From the NCBI GenBank assembly GCA_002009975.1, contig MTLP01000007.1:80764-144763 (forward strand): 64,000 nt of DNA, in the 5' to 3' direction. Below the pieces are notes generated by a model, which was given only the letters and a program-made list of their open reading frames with translations, was not told where the DNA came from and did no database searches. Each line of letters begins with the position of its first letter. Position 1 is the stretch's first letter. Shown in pieces: positions 49,680 through 62,104 of this stretch. The position numbers and the translations under genes were made by a program. The stretch comes from Thermococcus sp. JdFR-02 (GTDB lineage Archaea > Methanobacteriota_B > Thermococci > Thermococcales > Thermococcaceae).

Positions 49680-50499
49680 ATGAAATTTGGAGTAGTTGCT
49701 CGGAGAGATAAGGAAGAAGCTCTAAAATTAGCCTATAGAGTTTATGACTTCCTGAAGGTTAGCGGTTATGAGGTCTTTGTTGATCCTGAAACTTATGAAC
49801 ACTTTCCCCATTTCAGCAAGGAAGATTTAGTTCCTTTAAATGAGATGGAGGTTGATTTTATAATTGTTATTGGTGGAGACGGGACTATTTTGAGGGTTGA
49901 GCACAAAACAAAGAAGGATATTCCGATTTTAGGTATAAACATGGGGACATTAGGTTTTTTGACTGAGGTTGAGCCAAATGAGACTTTTTTTGCATTAAAT
50001 AAGCTTATGGAAGGAGATTTTTATATTGATGAGCGAATTAAATTAAGAACGTTTATAGATGGGAAGAATAATGTTCCAGATGCCTTAAATGAGGTTGCCA
50101 TTCTAACAGGTATCCCTGGAAAGATAGTTCATCTTAAATATTACGTTGATAATGGATTGGCGGATGAGGTTAGGTCTGATGGTCTCATAATTTCCACGCC
50201 CACTGGTTCTACTGGATATGCAATGTCTGCGGGAGGACCATATTTAGATCCGAGAATAGATGGCATAGTTATAGCGCCTTTAGCTCCAATAGCTCTAAGT
50301 TCTCGTCCAATGGTAGTTCCAGCAACTTCTACAATTGACATAAGAATTTTGACTACAACGAGGAATATTATATTGGCTATAGATGGTCAGTTCTATACTT
50401 ATCTTTCACCAGAAGTTGAGATAAGTGTGAGAAAATCTCCCAGAAAAACAAAATTTGTTAGATTTTCGAGGGAGGTATATCCAAAGTATACCCTAAAAA

Positions 50500-50516
<17 letters not shown>
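49680..50516 (+). CDS. nadK: NAD kinase
   Basis: [35 protein letters not shown]. Confidence 0.95.
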
Positions 50517-52262
<1,746 letters not shown>

Positions 52263-52391
52263 TTAACGTTTAGGTTTTTGTTTTAAAAAGGTTAAGTTTG
52301 CTGTATTGTATAAAACAGGTTGAATAAATATAAAACTTCTGAAGCTAATTAATCCAGACCTTGTTGAAAAGATATGGAATTTTAGGAGCTA

Positions 52392-52916
<525 letters not shown>

Positions 52917-52931
52917 TTAAAAATTCAAAAG

Positions 52932-54257
52932 TTAAAAAGCCTTCCTCAAACTCAGCCAATACAGAGCTTTTACTGCTCTCTCTGGTGTTGAAAAGTTTTT
53001 GATTCCTTTCTCGGCTAAGAGTTCAACACCCTCTTTAACCAACTCACCAGCCATGAAGTTCACAATTATGGGCTTCTTGCATTTAGCATCTATTATGGCT
53101 TTTGCAATTTCTTCAGATGGGAGGAATATTGGTGGAACGCAGATAACTAAGATGCTATCAACGTTTTCATCTTCGCAAACAACCTCAATGGTTCTTTTGT
53201 ATCTTTCATAATCAGCATCTGCTATCAAATCGATTGGGTTTTTAGTTGAGCATTGAGGTGGCAAAAATTCTTTGAGCTTTTTAATTGTCTCTTCGCTTAG
53301 CTTTGCAATCTCTAATCCCAAGTGCTCAGCTTTATCTGTTGCCAAAACTCCAGGACCACCTGAGTTCGTTATTATTGCTATTCTTTTACCTGCTTTTTGA
53401 TACATTTCAAATGTTTTAGCAGCATCGAAAAGTTCTTCCATCTCTTCAACTTCTATAGCATTAAACTGTTTAAAAGCCGCTCTATAAATTTCATAACTTC
53501 CAGCTAAAGAGCCTGTGTGACTTTGCGCTGCTTCACTTCCTTTCTTGCTTTTGCCAGCTTTTAGAATTATTACAGGCTTCTTTGATGTTGCATATCTTAA
53601 AGCTTCAATAAACTTGCGTCCATCTTTAACACCTTCAATATACAAAGCAATAACCTTTGTGTTCTCATCGTCGGCAAAATACATTAAAAAGTCGCTTTCA
53701 GTTAAATCGCTTGCATTTCCATAGGAAACAAAAGCAGAAAAGCCTATTCCTTCTTCATTGCCCATAGCTAAGGCTGCCCCTCCAAAGGCGCCGCTTTGTG
53801 ATATTAAAGCTAGTCCTCCTTTATTTACCTTAACCTCAAAAGAGCCATAAAAGTTAGCATAAACCCCAAAAATCCCAGCACAGTTTGGTCCTATTATCCT
53901 AACGTTTTTTTCTCTTGCTTTCTTTAAAAGCTCCTTCTCAAGTTCTTCATTTCCTATCTCGCTAAATCCCGCACTAATAACAACTGCACCTTTAATTTTA
54001 TCCCCAATTTCATCAATCAGTTGGGGAACGAACCTAGCTGGAATGGCTATTATAGCAACATCAACGCTTTCATTCAACTTTGATTTAATTTCAAAGCTTT
54101 TTTCATTTATTTCAACTTTTCCACCTTTTGGGTTAACTAAGACGATTTTACCATCAAAACCACCATCGACAACGTTTTTTGCTATCTCATAGGCTATAGC
54201 TCCCTTTCTAAATGAACCAAAAATAGCTACAGAAGAGGGATAAAAGAAAAAGTCCAT
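52932..54257 (-). CDS. ADP-forming acyl-CoA synthetase alpha subunit
   Basis: ISAGFSE, GPNCAG, SQSGA, SHTGSLAG (phospho-His), NPIDL. Confidence 0.92.
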   Translation of the reverse strand: MDFFFYPSSVAIFGSFRKGAIAYEIAKNVVDGGFDGKIVLVNPKGGKVEINEKSFEIKSKLNESVDVAIIAIPARFVPQLIDEIGDKIKGAVVISAGFSEIGNEELEKELLKKAREKNVRIIGPNCAGIFGVYANFYGSFEVKVNKGGLALISQSGAFGGAALAMGNEEGIGFSAFVSYGNASDLTESDFLMYFADDENTKVIALYIEGVKDGRKFIEALRYATSKKPVIILKAGKSKKGSEAAQSHTGSLAGSYEIYRAAFKQFNAIEVEEMEELFDAAKTFEMYQKAGKRIAIITNSGGPGVLATDKAEHLGLEIAKLSEETIKKLKEFLPPQCSTKNPIDLIADADYERYKRTIEVVCEDENVDSILVICVPPIFLPSEEIAKAIIDAKCKKPIIVNFMAGELVKEGVELLAEKGIKNFSTPERAVKALYWLSLRKAF

Positions 54258-55390
54258 TACTTCACCTCCTTTGGAAGTCCTCCTCTCTTTTCTTTACCCT
54301 TCTTTTTGCCTCCTCTAAGGAGCAATAGCAATGCTATAATGATTATTACAATTCCTATTGAGCTTCCGATCAGGAGCTTTTTGGTATCTTTTTCCTCGGT
54401 GATGGTTATGGTGACCAATCCTTTTTCTGAATCATAGGCGAACTCTCCCTCAGCAACTTTAACCTCATTGAATTTGAAAGGAACTTCAATTTCAGCTTTC
54501 CATGTTTTCTTAAATAGATCCTCTCTAAACTCTATACTTGGTTTAGCTTTTCCAAAGACTTTTACTCCATTGTCAGTTGTTTTTGCATCTATCTCAACTA
54601 TTTTCATCGTTCTGTTAAATTCCTCTAAGAGCTTAGCAATGTGATAATCTTGAGGCTTAACTCCTGAAAACACAGCGTTAAAAGACACTATTCCTGAGAA
54701 AGTGTCATAACTAACTTCCAAAACTTTTGTGCTGTTGTTTAAAAACTCTTCAAAGGGAATTATCTTTGTTTTATTTCCCCTTTCTTGTTTAAACACTTCT
54801 TCATTGAAAGTTAAGACGACTATTGGCAAATAGTCTCCATCTTTCCATGTTGCAACGTTTTCAACGAGTTCCTCGGGGGCTGGGGCTAAGTTCACTATGT
54901 ACATATCCTTAGGTAGAAGCATGGTTAATCTTCTCCATCTATAGCTGAAAACTCTGTTTTTGTATAGAAACGTTAGGGGACCATAGACTGATGCTTGAAG
55001 CGTTTGATTTTTTGGAATTAAATAGTTGTACCACTTAAATTGGACTACTGCCGTCCAGTTGCCTGTTATTTTTACAGGACCTTCCTCAGGAGCGACCAGT
55101 AGAGCATCTTTGTATTTTTCCCCAACTTCTCTTCTAAGATTCATATAAACCAATGAGTAAACCAAGGTATAGAACTCTTTTTCTGCTTTGTCTTTTTTGT
55201 CTGAAGCGGTTAAATTGTTCAGATAGTGGATATAAAAGTCGTCTTTTAGCTCTACATTTAATTTGAAGGTTGCGGCTCCAGATTTATACACCGTGACATA
55301 CATATCTATATCGAAAAGAGATTGTGGTTCATAAGCCATTGTTGGGCTTAGGATTAGTAATGTTAACATAAATACTAAAAGCCTTTTCAC
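54257..55390 (-). CDS. Secreted, C-terminally anchored hypothetical protein
   Basis: Signal peptide and C-terminal TM followed by a basic tail. Confidence 0.75.
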   Translation of the reverse strand: MKRLLVFMLTLLILSPTMAYEPQSLFDIDMYVTVYKSGAATFKLNVELKDDFYIHYLNNLTASDKKDKAEKEFYTLVYSLVYMNLRREVGEKYKDALLVAPEEGPVKITGNWTAVVQFKWYNYLIPKNQTLQASVYGPLTFLYKNRVFSYRWRRLTMLLPKDMYIVNLAPAPEELVENVATWKDGDYLPIVVLTFNEEVFKQERGNKTKIIPFEEFLNNSTKVLEVSYDTFSGIVSFNAVFSGVKPQDYHIAKLLEEFNRTMKIVEIDAKTTDNGVKVFGKAKPSIEFREDLFKKTWKAEIEVPFKFNEVKVAEGEFAYDSEKGLVTITITEEKDTKKLLIGSSIGIVIIIIALLLLLRGGKKKGKEKRGGLPKEVK

Positions 55391-55470
55391 ATTCTCACCC
55401 CCTAAGTTTTTTCAACGGTATATACAAAAATTTATTGGTATCTCTCTCAAAAAACAAGTGGGGTATAGCA

Positions 55471-55953
55471 ATGAAAAAATACAAGAAAGTTGTGGTCGGA
55501 GGAACTTTTGATCATCTTCACTTAGGTCACAAAGCTTTGCTTAGAAAGGCTTTTGAGGTTGGTGAATACGTTTATGTGGGACTAACTTCAGATGAGATGG
55601 TCAAGAAAAAGAAATTTTCTGAACGAGTTTTACCTTATGAGAGAAGACTGAAGGATTTAATAACATTTTTTGAGGTGAATAAGTTTAAAAATTATCGCAT
55701 AATTAAGATTCACAATGCAATAGGATTTGCAGATAAAATAAAAAGCTTAGAAGCAATTGTCGTGAGTGAGGAAACTTACAAAGGGGCTTTGCTTATTAAT
55801 AGGGCAAGAAAAGAGAAAGGGCTAAAACCTTTAGAAATTGTAAAAATTGGAATTATTAAAGCCCAAACTGGAAATAAATTAAGCTCAACATTAATTAGGG
55901 CTGGTTTAATAGATCCTTTTGGAAAGATGATAAAGAAAGTCAAAAAACGATGA
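55471..55953 (+). CDS. coaD: Phosphopantetheine adenylyltransferase
   Basis: GGTFDHLHLGH, IVVSEET, KLSSTLIR. Confidence 0.9.
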   Translation: MKKYKKVVVGGTFDHLHLGHKALLRKAFEVGEYVYVGLTSDEMVKKKKFSERVLPYERRLKDLITFFEVNKFKNYRIIKIHNAIGFADKIKSLEAIVVSEETYKGALLINRARKEKGLKPLEIVKIGIIKAQTGNKLSSTLIRAGLIDPFGKMIKKVKKR

Positions 55954-55963
55954 GGTGCTTGAA

Positions 55964-57226
55964 ATGAGGGTTGTTACAATAGGTGCTGGGCTTGGGGGAT
56001 TACTAACAAGTGCGTTTTTGGCTAGAAATGGTTATGATGTGGTGATCTTGGAGAAGTCTCCTTATGTTGGCGGGCGATTTACCAATCTGCCCTACAAGGG
56101 ATTTCAGCTTTCAACTGGGGCTTTACACATGATTCCTCATGGTGAAGACGGACCTTTAGCTCATTTGCTCAACCTTTTAGGTGCGAATGTTCAAATAGTT
56201 AACTCAAACCCAAAGGCAAAGTTCCTCATAGAGGGAAAAATTTATCATTACAGGGAAGGCTGGAAGCGTTTAAGCTTAAAAGAGAAAGCCAAGACATTTA
56301 AGCTTTTAGCAGAGATTAAAGCCGACAAGCTTCCAAAGGGTGAGGAGGCAAGGATGAATGCTAAAGAGTGGATAAGCGAGAAAATAGGTGAGAATGAGTT
56401 TGCTTTTCTCTTCTTGGAAAGCTTTGTTGGATGGGCAATTAGTTTAACTTTGGAAGAGATTCCAGCGATTGAGCTTGCAAAGGAGATAAAAGCCGTTCTA
56501 AAATGGGGAGGGCCTGGGTTAATAAAGGGTGGCTGTAAAGCTGTAACATCTGAATTGGCTGAGATAGTAAAGCAAAATGGTGGAAAAATTTTAACAAGAA
56601 AAAAGGTGGTCGAGATCGAGGAAAATAAGGTTCTAACAGAAGATGGAGATGAGTTTAGTTATGATGTGCTGATTTCCAATGTTGGGATAAAAGAAACGGT
56701 TGAGCTTTTTGGGGAGGAAAACTTTGATAGAGATTTCCTAAGAGTAGTGAAGTCTTTAAAACCCGCGGAGGGCATTAAAATTAATGTGGCTTTGAAAGGA
56801 AAGCCTAGAATTGGAAATACGGTTGTTCTTACATTAGACACTAAGAGAATTAACGGGTTTAATGAGCCTTCTTCAATTTCGCCAGAGCTTGCAAAAGAGG
56901 GATACAGCTTAATAATGACTCACCAAGCTTTGAAAAGTAAAAATCTTGCAAAGGAACGTAAGCTTGGCATTGAGGATTTGTACTACCTCTTTCCAGAACT
57001 TGACAAGGAAGGTGAGATTCTTTTGATCCAAACTTACTTGGATGGCAATCCGGTTAATAGGGTAGCTTCTGGACAAGAGCATTTGGAATTTCCAATTGAA
57101 AACGTATATATTGTTGGAGATGCCAACAAAGGTGAAGGAGGAATTGAAGTAGAGGGAATTGCCCTGGGAGTTATGGAAACACTTCAAAAGCTTGGACTTG
57201 AAAGATTTGATGAATGGTATCTTTAA
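55964..57226 (+). CDS. FAD-dependent oxidoreductase, phytoene desaturase-like
   Basis: IGAGLGGL...LEK...GGR Rossmann motif, STGALHM. Confidence 0.85.
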   Translation: MRVVTIGAGLGGLLTSAFLARNGYDVVILEKSPYVGGRFTNLPYKGFQLSTGALHMIPHGEDGPLAHLLNLLGANVQIVNSNPKAKFLIEGKIYHYREGWKRLSLKEKAKTFKLLAEIKADKLPKGEEARMNAKEWISEKIGENEFAFLFLESFVGWAISLTLEEIPAIELAKEIKAVLKWGGPGLIKGGCKAVTSELAEIVKQNGGKILTRKKVVEIEENKVLTEDGDEFSYDVLISNVGIKETVELFGEENFDRDFLRVVKSLKPAEGIKINVALKGKPRIGNTVVLTLDTKRINGFNEPSSISPELAKEGYSLIMTHQALKSKNLAKERKLGIEDLYYLFPELDKEGEILLIQTYLDGNPVNRVASGQEHLEFPIENVYIVGDANKGEGGIEVEGIALGVMETLQKLGLERFDEWYL

Positions 57227-57274
57227 TACAAGTGAAGCGTTTTTCTGATGTTTTTAGTCTTTGAGTTTTTTATC

Positions 57275-57786
57275 TTTGCAATTCTTTTAAAGTCTTATTG
57301 GAACGATGTCGAGCGCATTTGCATCGTCGTAAACAATTTCCTTTCAATTCTTTTAAAGTCTTATTGGAACGTTGATTGAGTACTCAAACATTTTTGATAA
57401 TTTGTTGAACTTTCAATTCTCTTAGAATCTTATTGGAACAATGATGCAGTCCTTTCTTGAAAACCTCACCACCAGCACTTTCAATTCTCTTAGAATCTTA
57501 TTGGAACAGGTTAAGATCTTTTTTGAGTTTGCCTTTGGTTCCCATCTTTCCTTTCAATTCTCTTAGAATCTTATTGGAACATTCAGCCCCTCATCCCCAT
57601 AGCCCCAGCCATCCACCTTTCAATTCTCTTAGAATCTTATTGGAACTATTGGGTCAGCAGGCTTAGAAAGATGACCTTTGTAAGGGCTTTCAATTCTCTT
57701 AGAATCTTATTGGAACTATTGGGTCAGCAGGCTTAGAAAGATGACCTTTGTAAGGGCTTTCAATTCTCTTAGAATCTTATTGGAAC
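57275..57786 (-). CRISPR. CRISPR array: 8 repeats of 30 bp, 7 spacers of 36-43 bp; no cas genes in window
   Basis: Repeat on + strand CTTTCAATTCTCTTAGAATCTTATTGGAAC at 57410, 57478, 57551, 57617, 57687, 57757; variant repeats at 57275 and 57341; transcribed-strand repeat ends ATTGAAAG. Confidence 0.98.
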
Positions 57787-58280
57787 AGGAGCGAATTTCC
57801 CTCCATTTTCCCAATAGGATTTTAAGAGAGCTTAAAATATATAAAGCTTTTTACGAAGGGGTAAAAATAAAGGATGGATATACCTCCAATTGGGCTTTGA
57901 GTTTCAACGCTTTTGACATTTAAATGTCATAATTTTGAGTTTTGATACAATGAACAAGAGTGAGCAGATCCTTTGCGCTCTGATGAAAAGGTTTTGAATT
58001 TTAAGATTCCTCTTTAAAATGTGCAAATTTTGATGTTCTAACTTTCTCATTAGGGAAACTTAAAAATAAGCTTAAAAACTCCAACTTGAACAAACTTACA
58101 CATGATTCTAGTTCAAAATTCGTTAAAATTATCAAAGCTCGGCTTTTTAGTAAAATCATGTTATTAAAGACATCTAAAATGTTCAAACATCTTAATTTCA
58201 TTAATAGAACATCAATTTTGGTTCAAAATTGAAAATAAGCATTTGTAATGAGGAAAGAAAAATATTCGAAAAGGAGTAAA
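57787..58280 (-). promoter_or_regulatory. CRISPR leader with BRE/TATA
   Basis: AT-rich non-coding stretch next to the non-degenerate end of the array; minus strand AAAAAGCTTTATATA about 50-65 nt from the first repeat. Confidence 0.75.
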
Positions 58281-58282
58281 AT

Positions 58283-59203
58283 TCATGCTTTGCTCTTTAG
58301 AATCTCTATAACCTTTTCAGCTATTTGAATTCCAGCCCTCTTTTGAGCTTCCAACGTATTTGCACCTATGTGTGGCGTCAAAACAACATTGTCAAGCTTT
58401 GTCAATGGGTGGTCTTTTGGTAGTGGCTCTTCCTCAAATACATCCAATCCAGCACCGTAAATCCATCCCTCTTTTAAAGCTTTAATTAGAGCCTCTGTAT
58501 CAATGATTGGACCCCTTGCTGGGTTAACAAGTATTGCGTTCTTCTTCATAAGCTTGAGCTTCTCTTCATTAATTAGGTGCTTTGTGCTTGGCAATAGAGG
58601 AACGTGAATTGTAACGACATCGCTCTCTTTTAATAATTCATCCAACTCGACAAAGGTTCCTCCAACTTCCTTTGCAAATTTTTCGTTCTTGATTACATCA
58701 TAGAGCAGGATTCTCATTCCAAAGCCCTTTGCTATCTTAGCAACTTGATATCCAATTCTTCCAAAGCCAATAATTCCAATGGTTTTACCTTCAAGTTCAA
58801 TTCCCATAGCTTGCTTCTTTGCCCATTCCCCTTCTCTAATCTTTCTATCACTAAAAGCTACTTTTCTTGCAACCGCTAAAATTAATGCCCAAGTTAGCTC
58901 TGCAACACTTCTACTTGATGCGGCTGGAGAATTAACAACCTCAATTCCCCTTTCCTTCGCCGCTTCAACATCTATGTTATCTAATCCAACTCCAGCCCTT
59001 CCGATGACCTTGAGCTTTGGGGCGTTCTCAATAACCTTTCTCGTTACCTTTGGCTTGCTCCTAACTATTATTGCATCAACATCCTTAACAAGTTCCAAAA
59101 GCCTTTCTTCACTTGGATACTCTTCAAAAACAACCTCAAAACCAGCATCCTTTAAAACCTCAAAAGCCTTTTCATGCAAAGGTGCAGCAACTAAAACCTT
59201 CAT
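58283..59203 (-). CDS. D-2-hydroxyacid dehydrogenase (SerA-like, no ACT domain)
   Basis: RAGVGLDNID, GFGRIG, NPARG, LDVFEEEP, TPHIG. Confidence 0.92.
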   Translation of the reverse strand: MKVLVAAPLHEKAFEVLKDAGFEVVFEEYPSEERLLELVKDVDAIIVRSKPKVTRKVIENAPKLKVIGRAGVGLDNIDVEAAKERGIEVVNSPAASSRSVAELTWALILAVARKVAFSDRKIREGEWAKKQAMGIELEGKTIGIIGFGRIGYQVAKIAKGFGMRILLYDVIKNEKFAKEVGGTFVELDELLKESDVVTIHVPLLPSTKHLINEEKLKLMKKNAILVNPARGPIIDTEALIKALKEGWIYGAGLDVFEEEPLPKDHPLTKLDNVVLTPHIGANTLEAQKRAGIQIAEKVIEILKSKA

Positions 59204-59204
59204 A

Positions 59205-59852
59205 TCAACCCCTCCTTTTTATTGCCATGAGCATAACTTGATCAGATGCATCTTCGGCTTTATCGGCTATATCCCCGATCTTTGTTATTACCTCATTCCA
59301 AATTATCTTTGCGTAGGTTGTCATTTTCTCACTTTCAAAAATCTTTTGTAAGAGCTTCCTCTCTATTTTATCTGCCTCCTCTTCGTCGATTTCAACTTTC
59401 TTTGCATAGTCCAATGCTTTATTTACATCCTCATCTAGGGCATTTACAGATGTTATTAAATCATCGTACGTTTTTATAGCTGCATTGAGCAATTCTATCA
59501 CAAGAGGTGCTAATTCTTTAGGAATTCTTGGTTTAGCCAAAGTTAAGCTGTGAGCAGCACTCTCAGCAGAATCTGCAACTTTGTCTATTAATTCTACCAA
59601 TCTAACGTAGTCTCCTCTGCTTGCTGGTAAAAAAGCCCCCTCGTAAAGCATCATCTCAATTTCTCTCCTTAATGTATCTGCTTCTCTTTCATGTTTTTCG
59701 ACTTCTTTAACTAATTCTCCTGCTTTTTCGAAATCTTTCTCCAAATAAACGCTAACCAACTCTTTAAAACTTTCTAAAGTTTTCCTTACAATGTCTAAAT
59801 GAGCTTCTATAGCTCCAAAGACATTTTTCTCTTTTCCACCGAATATGGGCAT
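59205..59852 (-). CDS. DUF47/TIGR00153 family protein (second paralog)
   Basis: HEREADTLRR...GAFLPASRGD...DKVADSAE. Confidence 0.85.
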   Translation of the reverse strand: MPIFGGKEKNVFGAIEAHLDIVRKTLESFKELVSVYLEKDFEKAGELVKEVEKHEREADTLRREIEMMLYEGAFLPASRGDYVRLVELIDKVADSAESAAHSLTLAKPRIPKELAPLVIELLNAAIKTYDDLITSVNALDEDVNKALDYAKKVEIDEEEADKIERKLLQKIFESEKMTTYAKIIWNEVITKIGDIADKAEDASDQVMLMAIKRRG

Positions 59853-59873
59853 TTTTCATCCCCTCGTAATATG

Positions 59874-60791
59874 TCACCTTCTGGGTTTATCTATTTTACT
59901 TAATTTTTCCTTAGCTTTAATAAGAGCTACTAAAAGAGAGTTCATGGGAGCACTTAACTCAAGTTTCTCAGCATACTCTACGATTTTCCCATTTATGTAA
60001 TCAATCTCTGTTTTTCTCCCTCTAATTAGGTCTTGATACATAGAATTGTAGTTCTCTTTAGTTCTCTCAAGCGTATCAATTATAGCTTCTAGTGGGTGCT
60101 CCTCAAATTTAATGCCCAATTTTTGAACCACTTGACAGCCTTCCTTCGCTATCTCAACAAGCACCCCTTGTAAGTACTCATCCTCAAGTAGAAACCCATT
60201 TTTGACCTCTAATAGTGCCCCGATTGGATTTATAGCGGAATTTACAATTGCTTTAAGCCAAATCCAGCTTATTATGTTGTTGCTCACCTTAGTATCAATT
60301 CCAGCTTCATTAAAAACTTCTGCAACTTTTGTTGCAAACTCACTCTCCCCTTTGGGATATAGACCAATGTGTGTAATCCCCCTTCCTGTCCATCTAACAA
60401 CTCCCCATTTTTCAAGCATTGCCCCATTTGTTGTTGTCCCTCCAAGGACATTCCTCGTATATTTTAAGGCTAAATCCTCATTGCCAATTCCATTTTGTAT
60501 GCTCAAGATCCAAGTGTCTTTATCTATGATATGCTTAGCACACTCTAATGCATTTGCAGTTGAATAGGATTTAGTTGCTAAAATTAACAAATCAGGACTT
60601 TTTTCAGGAGCATAAGTTAATGCTTCAACTTTAACGGTAAATTCTTCGATTCCTCTTATTTTTAATCCCTTTTCTTTAATTGCTTCAACATGCTCCTCTC
60701 TACCTATCAAAGTTACATCGTTTCCACTTCTCGCCAAGAGACCACCGAAGAGGGAGCCAATTGACCCAGCACCCAAAACATAAATCCTCAT
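59874..60791 (-). CDS. panE: Ketopantoate reductase
   Basis: [26 protein letters not shown]...TEIDYING. Confidence 0.93.
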   Translation of the reverse strand: MRIYVLGAGSIGSLFGGLLARSGNDVTLIGREEHVEAIKEKGLKIRGIEEFTVKVEALTYAPEKSPDLLILATKSYSTANALECAKHIIDKDTWILSIQNGIGNEDLALKYTRNVLGGTTTNGAMLEKWGVVRWTGRGITHIGLYPKGESEFATKVAEVFNEAGIDTKVSNNIISWIWLKAIVNSAINPIGALLEVKNGFLLEDEYLQGVLVEIAKEGCQVVQKLGIKFEEHPLEAIIDTLERTKENYNSMYQDLIRGRKTEIDYINGKIVEYAEKLELSAPMNSLLVALIKAKEKLSKIDKPRR

Positions 60792-60854
60792 TATCTACAC
60801 CCGCTTTTTGCTAACCAAAAGACTTTTTAAATTGCCTCAATAAAAGGCTTTTCG

Positions 60855-61586
60855 ATGACAGTAGAGTTTGCTGTAATTTTAGTTGAACCTGAGTATCAGC
60901 TTAACATTGGTTTTGTTGCTAGAAGTATGAAAAACTTTGGGGTTAGGGAGTTAATTCTTGTTAATCCTAAAGTTAAGATATCGGGAGAAGCTTACAAATT
61001 TTCGGTCCATGCCCAAGATGTGCTTGAAAATGCAAAAATTGTTGAAAGTTTAGAAGAGGCTTTAGAGATGGTTGATCTCGCTGTGGGAACAAGCGGTGTT
61101 AGTGGAAAGCAGTATCTACCGGCAAGAACACCTATTACCCCAGAAGAATTTGCAAAGAGGGCTTTTCTTTACAATGGCAAGATTGGCTTAGTTTTTGGAA
61201 GAGAGAGCAGAGGATTAGATAACAAGGAGTTGGAAAAGCTTGATTTTACGGTTACAATTCCAACGAGTGAGGAATATCCAATATTGAATCTAAGTCATGC
61301 AGTTGCTGTTCTTCTTTATGAAATTTACAAGCAAAAGCTGAAAACACTTGAAGTTAAGAACCCTTTAAGAAAAGCCAGTAGGGAAGAGAGGGAGATGTTT
61401 GTTAAGCTTTGGAGAGAATTGATTGAAATCGTAGGCTATCCAAAAGATCTATATAAAAGGCACTATGCTGAGATAATGATGAGGAGGATTTTGGGAAGAT
61501 CATTTATCTATGCAAGAGAGCTTCATTCTCTCTTTGGTCCATTGAGATGGGCAATTACAGAGTTAAAGAGATGTAAGGAGGAATAA
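60855..61586 (+). CDS. TrmJ-like SPOUT RNA methyltransferase
   Basis: LVEP...NIGFVARSMKNFG, VFGRESRGL, YPILNLSHAV. Confidence 0.9.
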   Translation: MTVEFAVILVEPEYQLNIGFVARSMKNFGVRELILVNPKVKISGEAYKFSVHAQDVLENAKIVESLEEALEMVDLAVGTSGVSGKQYLPARTPITPEEFAKRAFLYNGKIGLVFGRESRGLDNKELEKLDFTVTIPTSEEYPILNLSHAVAVLLYEIYKQKLKTLEVKNPLRKASREEREMFVKLWRELIEIVGYPKDLYKRHYAEIMMRRILGRSFIYARELHSLFGPLRWAITELKRCKEE

Positions 61587-61588
61587 AA

Positions 61589-62104
61589 TTGCTTAGCGTT
61601 GAAAGTTTTAGGATACTTGATAAAGAAATTTGGATTGGTGTTATTTTTGATGAAAAAATAGATGCCATATCGTTTTCTTTAGATGGAGAAGAGTTCCTTA
61701 GAGAAAGGATACACAGTGCTAAGGTTATGCTTGAGAGGAGGAGAGTTTTGGTAGAGCTAACCCCCAAAAAGAGCGAATATCCCAAATTAATTTATGAAAT
61801 TTTGAGGGGTAAGATTGAAAATAGTGAAGCATTGAAGCATCTCAGCTTTAGAGGGGTAACTCCTTTTGAGCGGAAAGTTTATGAAACTTTAACGTTAAAA
61901 GTTAAAAGAGGTCAGACCATAACTTATGGAGGATTGGCTAGATTAGTCAAAACCTCTCCGAGGGCTATAGGAAATGCAATGCGAAGAAATCCCTACCCAA
62001 TAATTGTTCCCTGTCATAGGATCGTCTTAAAATCAGACTTAGGGAATTACACTCCAAAAAGAGAATACAAGGAGTTCCTGCTGAAGCTAGAGGGGGTGTT
62101 ATGA
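61589..62104 (+). CDS. ogt: O6-methylguanine-DNA methyltransferase
   Basis: SPRAIG, NPYPIIVPCHRIV active site. Confidence 0.93.
   Translation: MLSVESFRILDKEIWIGVIFDEKIDAISFSLDGEEFLRERIHSAKVMLERRRVLVELTPKKSEYPKLIYEILRGKIENSEALKHLSFRGVTPFERKVYETLTLKVKRGQTITYGGLARLVKTSPRAIGNAMRRNPYPIIVPCHRIVLKSDLGNYTPKREYKEFLLKLEGVL

Noticed and set aside
57305-57756. Self-targeting of spacers within the window
   Set aside because: No match found by eye; the search was not exhaustive.
57457-58201. Short ORFs at 57457, 57741 and 58001
   Set aside because: They overlap CRISPR repeats or the leader and translate repeat sequence.
58025-58231. Inverted repeats TTGATGTTCTA/TAGAACATCAA and hairpin CAATTTTG-N3-CAAAATTG, possible MITE
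   Set aside because: Short, AT-rich, no target-site duplication seen; consistent with ordinary leader/terminator DNA.
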